Below, piece after piece: positions 19,978 to 28,938 of a stretch of 64,000 bases of DNA. The notes below the pieces were generated by a model. The model was not told the DNA's origin and did not search any database. It saw nothing but the letters and a program-made list of their open reading frames with translations. Made by a program: the position numbers and the translations under genes. Within the stretch, counting starts at the first letter, position 1, and each line of letters begins with the position of its first letter. The stretch comes from Dehalococcoidia bacterium (lineage in GTDB: Bacteria > Chloroflexota > Dehalococcoidia > Lucifugimonadales > SHYT01), in contig SHYT01000005.1 in NCBI GenBank assembly GCA_009692665.1, forward strand, positions 57,758-121,757. Reading direction: 5' to 3'.

Positions 19978-20031
19978 ATGCAACATGCTTTTAATAGCGA
20001 TAAACGCGAGGGTTGGTGGGAGTGCTACTAA
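19978..20031 (+). CDS. Candidate 17-aa small ORF MQHAFNSDKREGWWECY
   Basis: AGGAGG (19966-19971) lies 6 nt before the ATG. Below the ORF-track size cutoff. No homology evidence. Confidence 0.2.
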   Translation: MQHAFNSDKREGWWECY

Positions 20032-20206
20032 GGTCTTGTGACACCCAACAATTGCTGTACCCGCACCACGGCCGTAGACTTGTCATAGGTGGTCAACCAC
20101 GGGGCGGCGCTATAGCCACTCAATACCTTTCGCTGAACCCGCCTTGCAAACCTTTACATAAAGCATCCCACGCTGCCAGAAGCTATTTTGCGACGTACTC
20201 ACCACC

Positions 20207-20316
20207 TGGGCGTACGTGGGCCAGTTGTGACAAGATGCTTGCATCTAAACCATGCTGCGAGGCCATGGCGACACAATACATGCATCTACGTAGTGACGCA
20301 CAGAAAACACGTCGGA
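20207..20316 (+). repeat. Conserved leader element, copy B, with a tandemly duplicated core
   Basis: GGGCGTACGTGGGCCAGTT-GTGACAAGATGCTTGCATCTAAAC (core 1) and GGCGACACAATACATGCATCTACGT (core 2), ending in GAAAACACGTCGG. Lies 186 nt upstream of the LLM start. Confidence 0.5.
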
Positions 20317-20502
20317 AATCGTCAAGTTAAATCGCTCTTAGCTTGACATAGGCACTTGGCTTCACGGTACTATTTGGCGCTCTGACAATGCAGTTGTTTT
20401 GCACGGGCAGAAGGCAGATTACTGATGATCTACCGCCGGATAGTGTGGCTGGCAGTGTTCTGCATCAACCAGAGAAAGAGATATCTCTGAAAGGTAGTCT
20501 TC

Positions 20503-21369
20503 ATGAAACTTGGCGTAGTTTTTCCGCAAACAGAAATTGGTTCGGATCCGGGCGGCATCCGGGCGTACCTGGAAGCCGTCGAGGACATAGGCTACAACCA
20601 TGTCGCTGCATACGATCACGTAGTGGGTGCTGACGCCACCAAGCGCCAAAACTGGAGCGGCCCGTACAACCACATGTCTCCATTCCAGGAACCTATGGTG
20701 CTCTTTGGCTTTGCCGCAGCCGTGACCAAGAAATTAGACCTGGTTACCGCAGTTGTCATTTTGCCGCAGCGCCAGACCGTCCTCGCCGCCAAGCAGGCCG
20801 CTGCCATCGATGTGCTCTCCGGGGGAAGGTTGCGGTTCGGCGTAGGCATCGGCTGGAACGATGTCGAGTATGAGGCCCTTGGCGAAAACTACCACAACCG
20901 GGGGCGTCGCCTTGAAGAGCAAATTCGCGTCCTGCGAATGCTCTGGACTGAACCGTCAGTGACCTTTGCAGGCAAATACCACAAGATTACGGCGGCTGGT
21001 ATCAATCCGCTCCCTGTGCAGCGGCCCATTCCTGTCTGGATTGGCGGTTCCGCCGACGCTGCTATCGAGCGCGTTGCCCGCCTGGCGGACGGCTGGTTCC
21101 CGGCCTTCCAACTGAACGATGCCGGCAGAGCGACCTTGGAGAAGATGCGAACGTTCGCCCGTAAGCAGGGGCGTAACCCAAAGACTATCGGTATCGAGGC
21201 ACGGCTATCCTACAGCCTCGGAAACCCAAAGGCGTGGGGTGATCAAGCTGCGGCGTGGAAAGCGGAAGGCGCCACACATGCAATGGTAGGCACCACAGGC
21301 TCCGGCCTGCGATTCCCAGACGAACACATCAACGCAATCCAAAAAATGTATGAGGTTATTGCCGGCTAA
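20503..21369 (+). CDS. LLM-class (luciferase-like) F420-dependent oxidoreductase
   Basis: MKLGVVFPQTE, with AYDHVVG and GGRLRFGVGIGWNDVEYEALG, typical of TIGR03619-like LLM proteins. Confidence 0.85.
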   Translation: MKLGVVFPQTEIGSDPGGIRAYLEAVEDIGYNHVAAYDHVVGADATKRQNWSGPYNHMSPFQEPMVLFGFAAAVTKKLDLVTAVVILPQRQTVLAAKQAAAIDVLSGGRLRFGVGIGWNDVEYEALGENYHNRGRRLEEQIRVLRMLWTEPSVTFAGKYHKITAAGINPLPVQRPIPVWIGGSADAAIERVARLADGWFPAFQLNDAGRATLEKMRTFARKQGRNPKTIGIEARLSYSLGNPKAWGDQAAAWKAEGATHAMVGTTGSGLRFPDEHINAIQKMYEVIAG

Positions 21370-21926
21370 GGCTTTGCCAGCAGTTCGTCCAGCACTTTGC
21401 TTAGTTGTTCATCATCGACCGGGCCAATGAACTTCCGCACCAAGGTGCCCTGTCTGTCAATGAAATACTTCTCGGGAATACCTCTCACTCCGTAGTCAAT
21501 GGCAATCTTCCCTTGGTTGTCCATCCCAATGGGATACGTAAGCTTGTTCCTCTCAATGAACTTCTGCACATCGCCATTCGTGTCCCAAATGGCAACACCA
21601 AGAAATGCCACGTTCTTGTCCTGGTACTGCTTGTAGACTCGTTCCAATGTAGGTGCCTCGTCACGGCACGGCGGGCACCATGACGACCAGAAATCGATCA
21701 TGACCACTTTGCCGTGCAGGTCTTCTAGCGAAATAGTAGTACCGGATAACATCTGCAGGGAAAATGGCCGCGCCGACCGCGCTTCCACCACCACGCTACC
21801 AAACGCGGAGTTGATGCCAATGCCCGCCGGCTTCCCGCCCGTGCGCACCAGCGTCACCGCGAATAGCGCGAAGAGTGCTACTACCGGCACTAAAACCGCT
21901 AGGAGTACACGTATCCGCTGTGACAT
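21366..21926 (-). CDS. TlpA/ResA/CcmG-like membrane-anchored thiol:disulfide oxidoreductase
   Basis: N-terminal TM segment, the Trx motif FWSSWCPPCRDE, and YGVRGIPEKYFID. Last gene of the ccm string. Confidence 0.88.
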   Translation of the reverse strand: MSQRIRVLLAVLVPVVALFALFAVTLVRTGGKPAGIGINSAFGSVVVEARSARPFSLQMLSGTTISLEDLHGKVVMIDFWSSWCPPCRDEAPTLERVYKQYQDKNVAFLGVAIWDTNGDVQKFIERNKLTYPIGMDNQGKIAIDYGVRGIPEKYFIDRQGTLVRKFIGPVDDEQLSKVLDELLAKP

Positions 21927-21931
21927 CGCGC

Positions 21932-23203
21932 CTACTGCTCGCTCGGTTGGCTTCGGCCCATAGCGCGGATGCGCTCCATGAGCGCCGCGCGCTTTTCCGC
22001 ATGACCATCTGCCTGAATAGTTCCCTGCGCAAGCTGCTCATCCAACTCTGCCACCGCGTCAATAAGTGCTTGCCGCTCCGTGGAGGATCCCGCAGATGGC
22101 GCGTCTGTAACACTTATATCCGCGGTGGCAAGTGTTGTACGTGCACTCCGCCGTCGCATGATGACATATGCCACCAGCAGCGCAAGGAGCAACGTTGCCA
22201 GAATGGGGATGCCAATCTTCGCTGCGCTGCCGTCCTTGATGGGCTGCATCACACGGTCCATAATTGTCGGCAATGGCATGCCAGTAAAGGTCAGATCTAC
22301 GTGAGAGCTCGCATCCAAGTTTTTGCCAATCAGTCGATGGTACTGCTTGTCATCAATCGTTACGTCCGCTCCAGGTTCGAGCCCGGGGCTTTCTGCCTTC
22401 CCCGCCTCCTCTCGCACTAACAGCTCAAAGGTCGTGGCCCCAAACGGAAAGGTGCGCGTGTACTGTAGCGCTTTCCCTGAGTACGGAATCGAATAGGTGA
22501 ACAGAATGTCATAGCCGCCGGGTGGTACCGGCGTCGTCATCGCAAAGCCTTTGTCCACCGGCACTACGTTGCCGCCGCGAAGGCTAGACTGCACGTCCAG
22601 GTCCATAGCATCCGGCGGCAGTGAAAATCGCAGCAGACCCCTAGGCTGAGCCTGTGTCAGGTCAGGAACCATCGTCCGGTCTCCACTGTTGTCAAGCCGG
22701 ACAAGCTCCAGAGCTAGCAGGTTCTTCCGCTGAGGGTCCGTTCTAGGAATAAACAACGTATTCTCGGTGACGCGGAGGTTCGTAGCTTCAGACGTCGTTT
22801 CGTAAATCGTGAGGCGCCAGTTGGCATCGGACTGTGTGGGCTCAATGCGCGCCTGGTACGTAACTGCCTTGTATTCAGCGACCACAAAGTACGATGCTCC
22901 AGCTTCGTTTGGAATATCCGCGAAAGAGAACTTTCCATCGGCGTCCGTTATCGTCTCGCGCCGCGCCAACAGCGAGTCGCCCGCCTGTGCCACCAGTTGC
23001 ACCGCCAGGCCAGACGGGATGCTCGCGCCCGCCGTGCCGTTCACAACGCGGCCCGCGACAGATAGAGTCGTCTGCGCAGTAGCGTGTCCCAGCCAAACGG
23101 CAAAGGCACCGGCCACGACCGCTACGAAGAGTACCGAAACAAGCAGGCGGTTAGCGGTTGGGCGAGTCAACAACGTGGCCATTCTTTGAAAACAGCGTTC
23201 CAC
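21932..23203 (-). CDS. Hypothetical exported/membrane-anchored protein (423 aa) in the ccm string
   Basis: Signal/TM segment, then a region like a carboxypeptidase-regulatory domain (GRVVNGTAG...TDADGKFSF), a C-proximal TM and a helical cytoplasmic tail. An alternative start is at 23182. Confidence 0.6.
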   Translation of the reverse strand: MERCFQRMATLLTRPTANRLLVSVLFVAVVAGAFAVWLGHATAQTTLSVAGRVVNGTAGASIPSGLAVQLVAQAGDSLLARRETITDADGKFSFADIPNEAGASYFVVAEYKAVTYQARIEPTQSDANWRLTIYETTSEATNLRVTENTLFIPRTDPQRKNLLALELVRLDNSGDRTMVPDLTQAQPRGLLRFSLPPDAMDLDVQSSLRGGNVVPVDKGFAMTTPVPPGGYDILFTYSIPYSGKALQYTRTFPFGATTFELLVREEAGKAESPGLEPGADVTIDDKQYHRLIGKNLDASSHVDLTFTGMPLPTIMDRVMQPIKDGSAAKIGIPILATLLLALLVAYVIMRRRSARTTLATADISVTDAPSAGSSTERQALIDAVAELDEQLAQGTIQADGHAEKRAALMERIRAMGRSQPSEQ

Positions 23204-23600
23204 ATCGGGGACATTCCACGGTGCCGTCTAGCAGTGCGTTGCTGCATACAGGACACTTGGGTTGCCGCGCCTGTCGGCCTCGCCTTGCGGCGAGCACTTC
23301 AGACTCAATGTCGGGTGTGCGTTGTGCTTGGGGCCGCAACAGGTCTTGGTCACGCAGTGCGTGCGCCGCGGCAAGGCGGAGTTGGTTGCGCCGGGTAAAA
23401 AACTCGGCCTCCGTCATCTCACCCACCGCGCGCTCCGCTTCCAATGCCTTGAGTTCCTGCGACGCCGCTATTTGGATACCGACTGCTTTATCAAAGCTCT
23501 CAGCTTCAGCGCTGGGAACCGAGCGCTTGCGAAAGAACGGCCAGCTTACTACGCCCAGACACACCACCACAAGCAGCAGGCCAATAACAAACGCTTCCAT
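23151..23600 (-). CDS. Small membrane protein (149 aa) with a C-terminal CxxC...CxxC zinc ribbon, coupled to ccmF
   Basis: The ATG at 23600 overlaps the ccmF TAA by 1 nt (TAATG). One TM (MEAFVIGLLLVVVCLGVV). CPVCSN...CPRCG. The longer track ORF (to 23735) is antisense-free, but its N-terminus overlaps ccmF. Confidence 0.55.
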   Translation of the reverse strand: MEAFVIGLLLVVVCLGVVSWPFFRKRSVPSAEAESFDKAVGIQIAASQELKALEAERAVGEMTEAEFFTRRNQLRLAAAHALRDQDLLRPQAQRTPDIESEVLAARRGRQARQPKCPVCSNALLDGTVECPRCGTLFSKNGHVVDSPNR

Positions 23601-25600
23601 TACCCGTTCCTCACTGGCGGCGAGGCTGAGGCCACCTGGTGGCGGGCCGTCGCCGCAGTCTGCACCTGCGTGCGTTCTGGCCATAGCGACACAAACGTGC
23701 CCGCCACAAACAGCACTGTGGATATCCACATCCACATCACCAAAGGGTTCACGTATAGTCGGAACAACGCGCGCCCATCTGTGCCAAATTCACTCGCGAT
23801 GATGTACAGATCCTCGCCGAGCGTTGACCGAATGCCTGCGCGCGTGGCTGCTGTCGAGAAATCTGGGTAGTATGTGTATCCAGGCTTGAGGGTCGAGACC
23901 AGCTCGTCGCCCTGGTACACCTGTAACGACGCCGTGTACTCCGTGCGGTCAGCCTTTTCTTGGATGCTAGAGCCGAGGTAGAGCAGCGAATAATTCGCAA
24001 TCGTTGCCCGCTCGTTCGGCGCAAGCGAAACATCCCGCTGCACGCTGTAGAACGATGATCCTGTCACTGATATCGCCAGTAGCACTACACCCAAGTGCGC
24101 CACGTATCCACCGTATCGAGGCCGGTTTGCCAGCAATAGCCCAAAGAATGCCTGAGGATACCCAAGCCCGCGCTGGTGCCGCGCCCGGGTGCCGCGCCAC
24201 CATTCAAGGAATATCCCAAACGCGGCCGCAGCAGCAAACCCAAAAGCCATGAGAGGAAACGGCTTTCGAATGCCTAGCGCCGTAACAACCACGATCGTTA
24301 CCAGCCCTGCCGCTCCGGGGACTAGGAGAGCACTCCTGAGTCGTGCCCACGATGCCTTGCGCCATGGAATGAGTGGCCCAATGGCCATCAAAATGAGCAA
24401 ACCCAAGAACATTGGCCCAGCCACCACGTCATAGAACGGCCGGGCCACCGTGACCGTTTCACCCTTGAACACTTCAGACAGCAGCGGGAATACCACGCCC
24501 CACAGCACCACAAACGCAATGGTCAGAAACAACAGGTTATTCACCAGGAACGCCGCCTCACGCGACAGCATAGAGTCCAATGACGAGGCGCTCTTGATCC
24601 TGTCGTACCGCCAGAAGAATAGGGCAAACGACACGATCACCATGGCGCCCAGGAACGCTAGAAATGTCCATCCCATCGCGGATTGCCCGAACGAATGCAC
24701 CGATGGGGCTGGACCGCCGCGGTTCATGAACATGCCGTACAGTGCCAGCCCAAACGCAATGTTCGCCAGCCCCAGGTTCCACAGCCGGAACATTCCGCGC
24801 CGCTTCTGCACTATGATGGAATGCACCAGCGCCGTCAGCGGAAGCCATGGAAGCAGTCCTGCGTTCTCCACCGGATCCCACGCCCAGTAACCACCCCAGC
24901 CAAGAATCGTGTAAGCCCACCAGGATCCTAACATCAAGCCTATGGTCAGAATCGTCCAGACAATGAGCGCCCACCGGCGTCCAGCTTCCACCCATTCATC
25001 ACCCGTCTTGCCGGATAGCAATTGCCCAATCGCAAACGCAAACGGCACCGTCACACCAATCAGCCCAAGCATCAGCGACGGGGGGTGGAAGAACATTCCC
25101 GGGTGCGTGAGCAGAGGATTGATCCCCTGCCCGTCCGGCGGCACCGGCGACATTGTGGCAAACGGATTCGCCATCGTCGCCATCACGCAAAGGAAGAAGA
25201 TCAGTACCACCATCATAGTCGAGATGGTATACGGCAGGATGCTGCGCGCGGATCTCGGCGCCGTCACCACAGCAATCGCGCCAATCAAGGAGAACGCGAG
25301 CGCAATGTACAACAGCGACCCCTCGTTGCCCGCGTAGAACGCCACCCAGGTATAAATCGCCGGCATCGCCAGATTGCTGTGCATCATGACATAACGGATG
25401 TAAAAGTCGTGGTTCACGAATGCGGTGACCAGACTTAGCGTAGCTACCAGTAGCGGCAGCGGCACTACGTAGACCGCGTACCGACCGCTCTCCACCAGTT
25501 CCGGGATACGTCGCCACATGCCCAGCAGCGATGCGCAGACCGCGTACCCCGCCAGTGCCAACGCCAGCAGCAGGCCCAAAGAACCGATGTTAGCGGCCAC
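23600..25600 (-). CDS. ccmF: Cytochrome c-type biogenesis heme lyase subunit CcmF
   Basis: 666 aa, polytopic. WGGYWAWDPVENA (WWD-type heme-handling motif). Confidence 0.93.
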   Translation of the reverse strand: MAANIGSLGLLLALALAGYAVCASLLGMWRRIPELVESGRYAVYVVPLPLLVATLSLVTAFVNHDFYIRYVMMHSNLAMPAIYTWVAFYAGNEGSLLYIALAFSLIGAIAVVTAPRSARSILPYTISTMMVVLIFFLCVMATMANPFATMSPVPPDGQGINPLLTHPGMFFHPPSLMLGLIGVTVPFAFAIGQLLSGKTGDEWVEAGRRWALIVWTILTIGLMLGSWWAYTILGWGGYWAWDPVENAGLLPWLPLTALVHSIIVQKRRGMFRLWNLGLANIAFGLALYGMFMNRGGPAPSVHSFGQSAMGWTFLAFLGAMVIVSFALFFWRYDRIKSASSLDSMLSREAAFLVNNLLFLTIAFVVLWGVVFPLLSEVFKGETVTVARPFYDVVAGPMFLGLLILMAIGPLIPWRKASWARLRSALLVPGAAGLVTIVVVTALGIRKPFPLMAFGFAAAAAFGIFLEWWRGTRARHQRGLGYPQAFFGLLLANRPRYGGYVAHLGVVLLAISVTGSSFYSVQRDVSLAPNERATIANYSLLYLGSSIQEKADRTEYTASLQVYQGDELVSTLKPGYTYYPDFSTAATRAGIRSTLGEDLYIIASEFGTDGRALFRLYVNPLVMWMWISTVLFVAGTFVSLWPERTQVQTAATARHQVASASPPVRNG

Positions 25601-26270
25601 GGGTATCAGATGCCTCCTCAGACTTTCTGGGGCTCATGACTTGTGTCGAGTCTACCTGTGCCAGATATGGCGCAAGTGTCGGGTCAGTCTCCTCTAGTAC
25701 TACGGTGGAATCGGGTGCATTTATTCGTTTCCGCATGCTCTTCAGCGCCCAATACAGCATCAGCCCGCCCAGTGCCAATACGCCCACTGGAACCATCCAC
25801 GCCAGCACGTTGAACCCGGAGCGAGGCGGCGAGGCCAGCACACTCGGCCCATACCGCTCCGGCGCTGCAAAGTAGTCGAATATCTGCTGCTTTGTCTTGC
25901 CCGCCTGCAGCTCCTCGCGCACCTCTGTTCGCATTTGCTTTGCAAGCGGCACCTGGGACTGGTCAATTGATTCACCCGGACAAATAGGACAAATCAGCCC
26001 GCGCTCAATCTCCTGCGCCTGCCGCTCCATTGGATCCGCCATTTGAAACGGTGATGTGCAAGCCAGTCCTAAAAACAGGGCAAGGAGAAAAAGAGAAGCA
26101 CTCAATCGCACCAAGCGATCTTGTAAGAAGTTCCGACATTTGCTGAAAAACACGCTAACAGCCCTTTGGCCAAGCCCAACACGCTGCTGCCATGATACCA
26201 TGCTTGTCCCTCTCTGGACGGCCACAAAGTCATGCGATAGCTCTCGAATACGCCTCGCATGACAAAGCAA
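25590..26270 (-). CDS. ccmH: Cytochrome c-type biogenesis protein CcmH/NrfF-like
   Basis: LICPICPGESIDQS (the CxxC motif of CcmH) plus a C-terminal TM. The start is uncertain (M at 26201 is also possible). Overlaps the ccmF start by 11 nt. Confidence 0.78.
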   Translation of the reverse strand: MLCHARRIRELSHDFVAVQRGTSMVSWQQRVGLGQRAVSVFFSKCRNFLQDRLVRLSASLFLLALFLGLACTSPFQMADPMERQAQEIERGLICPICPGESIDQSQVPLAKQMRTEVREELQAGKTKQQIFDYFAAPERYGPSVLASPPRSGFNVLAWMVPVGVLALGGLMLYWALKSMRKRINAPDSTVVLEETDPTLAPYLAQVDSTQVMSPRKSEEASDTRGR

Positions 26271-26313
26271 AAGCCCCTCTCATCTGAGAAGGGCTTTGCA
26301 CAATACTTCTGTC

Positions 26314-26973
26314 CTAGTTGCCTTGCAGTTGACGGACGTAGTTTACCAGCGTCCAGCGTTCTTCTGCGCTCAGCAGAAGCTTGAACTTTGGCATAGCAAA
26401 TGGATTGCCGCTACTCAGGCCGCTCGTGCCACCCTCGGAAATAATTCCGTATATGTGGCCGTCTGCCTTGGCAGGAGTATTGTTGGTGGCGGCGCTTGAA
26501 ATAAGGTTAGGCGCGTTCACTGGCACCTTGCCGTTTCCTTGGGCCTCCAACCCGTGGCACATGGAACAATCTACCCGATAGAGTTCCTTACCTTTGGCTA
26601 GGCTCTCAGGCGTCCGCTGCACTGGGTTCTGAAGCTTGGCATACTCCTCAGCAGTCGTCGTCGGCTTAGTACCGCCATTCATCTGCATCGCCAAATACTC
26701 TTCTGGCGATCGGACGCCGGACGCAATCGGCACAGAACCATCTGGTGGTGCGAGACGCGTCGGCTCCTGTGATCGGTACGACTGCTGGTAGTGCATCTCA
26801 GTGAAGATGTCGGAGGAATATGCGCCGGTATTGGGGAAGCTGCCTGTGAACCGTCGCAACGAGCGCTCGTTCAAACAGCCCATAGACAGGAGCACCAGTG
26901 ACAGCACTAGTACGGCTAGCAGAGCAGTCCGCTTCGTATGCATCACACGAGCTCCCAAGTTGGAACCTGTCAT
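26314..26973 (-). CDS. actE: Monoheme cytochrome c lipoprotein, ActE-like
   Basis: Single CSMCHG heme motif, lipobox-like LLSMGC, ATGA overlap with actD. Confidence 0.75.
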   Translation of the reverse strand: MTGSNLGARVMHTKRTALLAVLVLSLVLLSMGCLNERSLRRFTGSFPNTGAYSSDIFTEMHYQQSYRSQEPTRLAPPDGSVPIASGVRSPEEYLAMQMNGGTKPTTTAEEYAKLQNPVQRTPESLAKGKELYRVDCSMCHGLEAQGNGKVPVNAPNLISSAATNNTPAKADGHIYGIISEGGTSGLSSGNPFAMPKFKLLLSAEERWTLVNYVRQLQGN

Positions 26974-27494
26974 CCTCGCGCCCTAGCCCGCTGCAACGTG
27001 GACTTCACGTCAACGGCGCGGCCATCGCGCAGAGCCTTTTCGGCGCGCGCAATCTGCTCCTCGGGAGCGGTCACGAACAGCCCAATGTACCCTTCCGTAA
27101 TGCGTGTGTCATACAGTCCTAGCCTGGGCCGTGGCAGCCGCGACTCAAAGATGACACCAAGAATCGTGAAGAGCACTGCGCCCAGCATCGTGCCTTCATA
27201 CGAGATGATAGCCATTGGCGGAAGAGACAGGATCGGCTTACCCCCGGTCACCATCGGATATGCAATCTGGGTTCCAGCGGTTAGCAAAAGCCCGACTGTG
27301 AAACCGCACATCGCCCCGATCAGCGGGAATACATAGAGCTTGTGCCGTGGCGGCTTCTCACCGAATGCCCCTTCAGGATAAGGGGAACCGGACAGCACCT
27401 CAAAATCATTGAACCCCGCCGCGTTGAGGTTATCCGCCCCAGCAACGGCGCTGTCCACGTCTTTGAAGACTCCTAGAATACTTGCGTTTGCCAT
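26970..27494 (-). CDS. actD: ActD-like (DUF3341) membrane subunit of Alternative Complex III
   Basis: MANASILGVFKDVDSAVAGADNLNAAGF, then two TM helices. Position after the ActC-like gene. Confidence 0.72.
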   Translation of the reverse strand: MANASILGVFKDVDSAVAGADNLNAAGFNDFEVLSGSPYPEGAFGEKPPRHKLYVFPLIGAMCGFTVGLLLTAGTQIAYPMVTGGKPILSLPPMAIISYEGTMLGAVLFTILGVIFESRLPRPRLGLYDTRITEGYIGLFVTAPEEQIARAEKALRDGRAVDVKSTLQRARARG

Positions 27495-27534
27495 ATACGC
27501 CTCACTTGGGAGCAGTTTTGATTGCCGAAATCTT

Positions 27535-28905
27535 TTACTCGCGAACTATCGCCGGTACTCTGACCTTGCCCACTTGTATCTCAGCCCGGAGGACCTCGCC
27601 CTCCTTCGCATCGCTCAATGGGATGAGCGGGAAGAACTTGGAGAAGACGAGGAGTCCTAGGGCAACCGCAAAGAACGAGCCTGTGACAATAATCAACTCA
27701 ATCGGGCTTGGGCTGTGGGAACCCCAGCTAAATGGTAAACCCGTTTTCCGCATTAGTCCCGGAATGATAATCATGTACCGTTCCAGCCACATGCCGATGT
27801 TCACAAAGATGGAAATCCAGAACATCGCCGCCACGTTGCGCCGCACCGATTTCTTCATGAACAGCGCCACCGGGATAAAGAAGCCCGTTGTTACAAACAG
27901 CACAAAGAGCATATTGAAGGGCCATTCCATCAACTGCAGATGGCGGAATGCTATTTCGGATGGCTCCAGGCTGTATAAGCTAAAGCAAATCTCCATCATC
28001 GTGAAGTAGAACCACCCAATACCTACGACAGAGAGCAGCCTGCCCAAGCCGTCAAAGTGCTCTGGCCGGATGTACTTTTGTGCACTGAACAACCAGCGCA
28101 TGAGCGCCAGCAGCGTGATGACGCCCGCAACGCCGGACCACACGGCCCCGATGACGAAGTAAGGGGCGAATACTGTGGAGTGCCAACCCTCTACCGCAAT
28201 CGCCATACCGAAGTCCCAGGACACGATGCTGTGCACGGAAGCGAAAATTGGCAAGATTATGGAGGAGAGCAAGATGCCCGCCACCGTCTGCAAATGCCAC
28301 TGCCGTGGCGTGCCGCGCCAGTTCATCGCTAGCACGTAATACATTGTGTGACGCCAGCCTGTACTGCGGTCACGCGCAATTGCTAGGTCAGGCAGCATTG
28401 CCACGTACACGAAAAGGACGGTGCTCGTCAGGTACGTAAAGATAGCGCTCGGATCCCATACGAACGGGGAGCGGATGTTTGGAAAGATCCCGCGTCCAAA
28501 GTCGTATGGAAATTCAAAATAAATGCGCCATGCACGGCCTACATGCATCATAGGGTGCAGCGCGGCGGTGCCCAGCGAGAAGATGGTCATGACTTCGGCG
28601 GCCCGTGTTGCCGGGCGGCGCCACTCCGCTTGGGTCAGTCGCAAAATTGCGGAAAGCATGATGCCTGCGTGGCTGATGCCCACCCAGAATACGAAGTTGA
28701 CTATCAGGAACTCCCACATGACTGGCCGGTTGATACCTTCAACACCTGTGCCGTTCACAAACATGAAGCCAGCGGCGCCCGCTGCGGCTGCCACCCCCGT
28801 GGCCATCACGGCAACCGCGACCCACCACCAAATAGGGGTAGTAAAGACCGGCTTAAGCAGGTCTTCGTTAACCTCTTTTTCCGTGACAGGTATTCGCTCT
28901 TGCAT
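27535..28905 (-). CDS. actC: NrfD/PsrC-like polytopic quinol-interacting subunit, ActC-like
   Basis: 456 aa. GINRPVMWEFLIVNFVFWVGISHAG and AAEVMTIF, with SPFVWDPSAIFTY and LPDLAIARD. Confidence 0.8.
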   Translation of the reverse strand: MQERIPVTEKEVNEDLLKPVFTTPIWWWVAVAVMATGVAAAAGAAGFMFVNGTGVEGINRPVMWEFLIVNFVFWVGISHAGIMLSAILRLTQAEWRRPATRAAEVMTIFSLGTAALHPMMHVGRAWRIYFEFPYDFGRGIFPNIRSPFVWDPSAIFTYLTSTVLFVYVAMLPDLAIARDRSTGWRHTMYYVLAMNWRGTPRQWHLQTVAGILLSSIILPIFASVHSIVSWDFGMAIAVEGWHSTVFAPYFVIGAVWSGVAGVITLLALMRWLFSAQKYIRPEHFDGLGRLLSVVGIGWFYFTMMEICFSLYSLEPSEIAFRHLQLMEWPFNMLFVLFVTTGFFIPVALFMKKSVRRNVAAMFWISIFVNIGMWLERYMIIIPGLMRKTGLPFSWGSHSPSPIELIIVTGSFFAVALGLLVFSKFFPLIPLSDAKEGEVLRAEIQVGKVRVPAIVRE

Positions 28906-28938
28906 GACCGCCTACCTTGTTTCCAACTCAGTCCGGCA

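Noticed and set aside
22373-22385. tRNA T-arm-like GGTTCGAGCCCGG
   Set aside because: It lies inside the 423-aa minus-strand CDS. No acceptor stem, D-arm or anticodon arm can be drawn around it.
23601-23735. N-terminal 45 codons of track ORF 23151..23735
   Set aside because: This part overlaps the 3' end of ccmF in another frame. An internal ATG at 23600 forms a TAATG coupling junction with ccmF and starts directly at the predicted TM helix, so the shorter 149-aa form is preferred.
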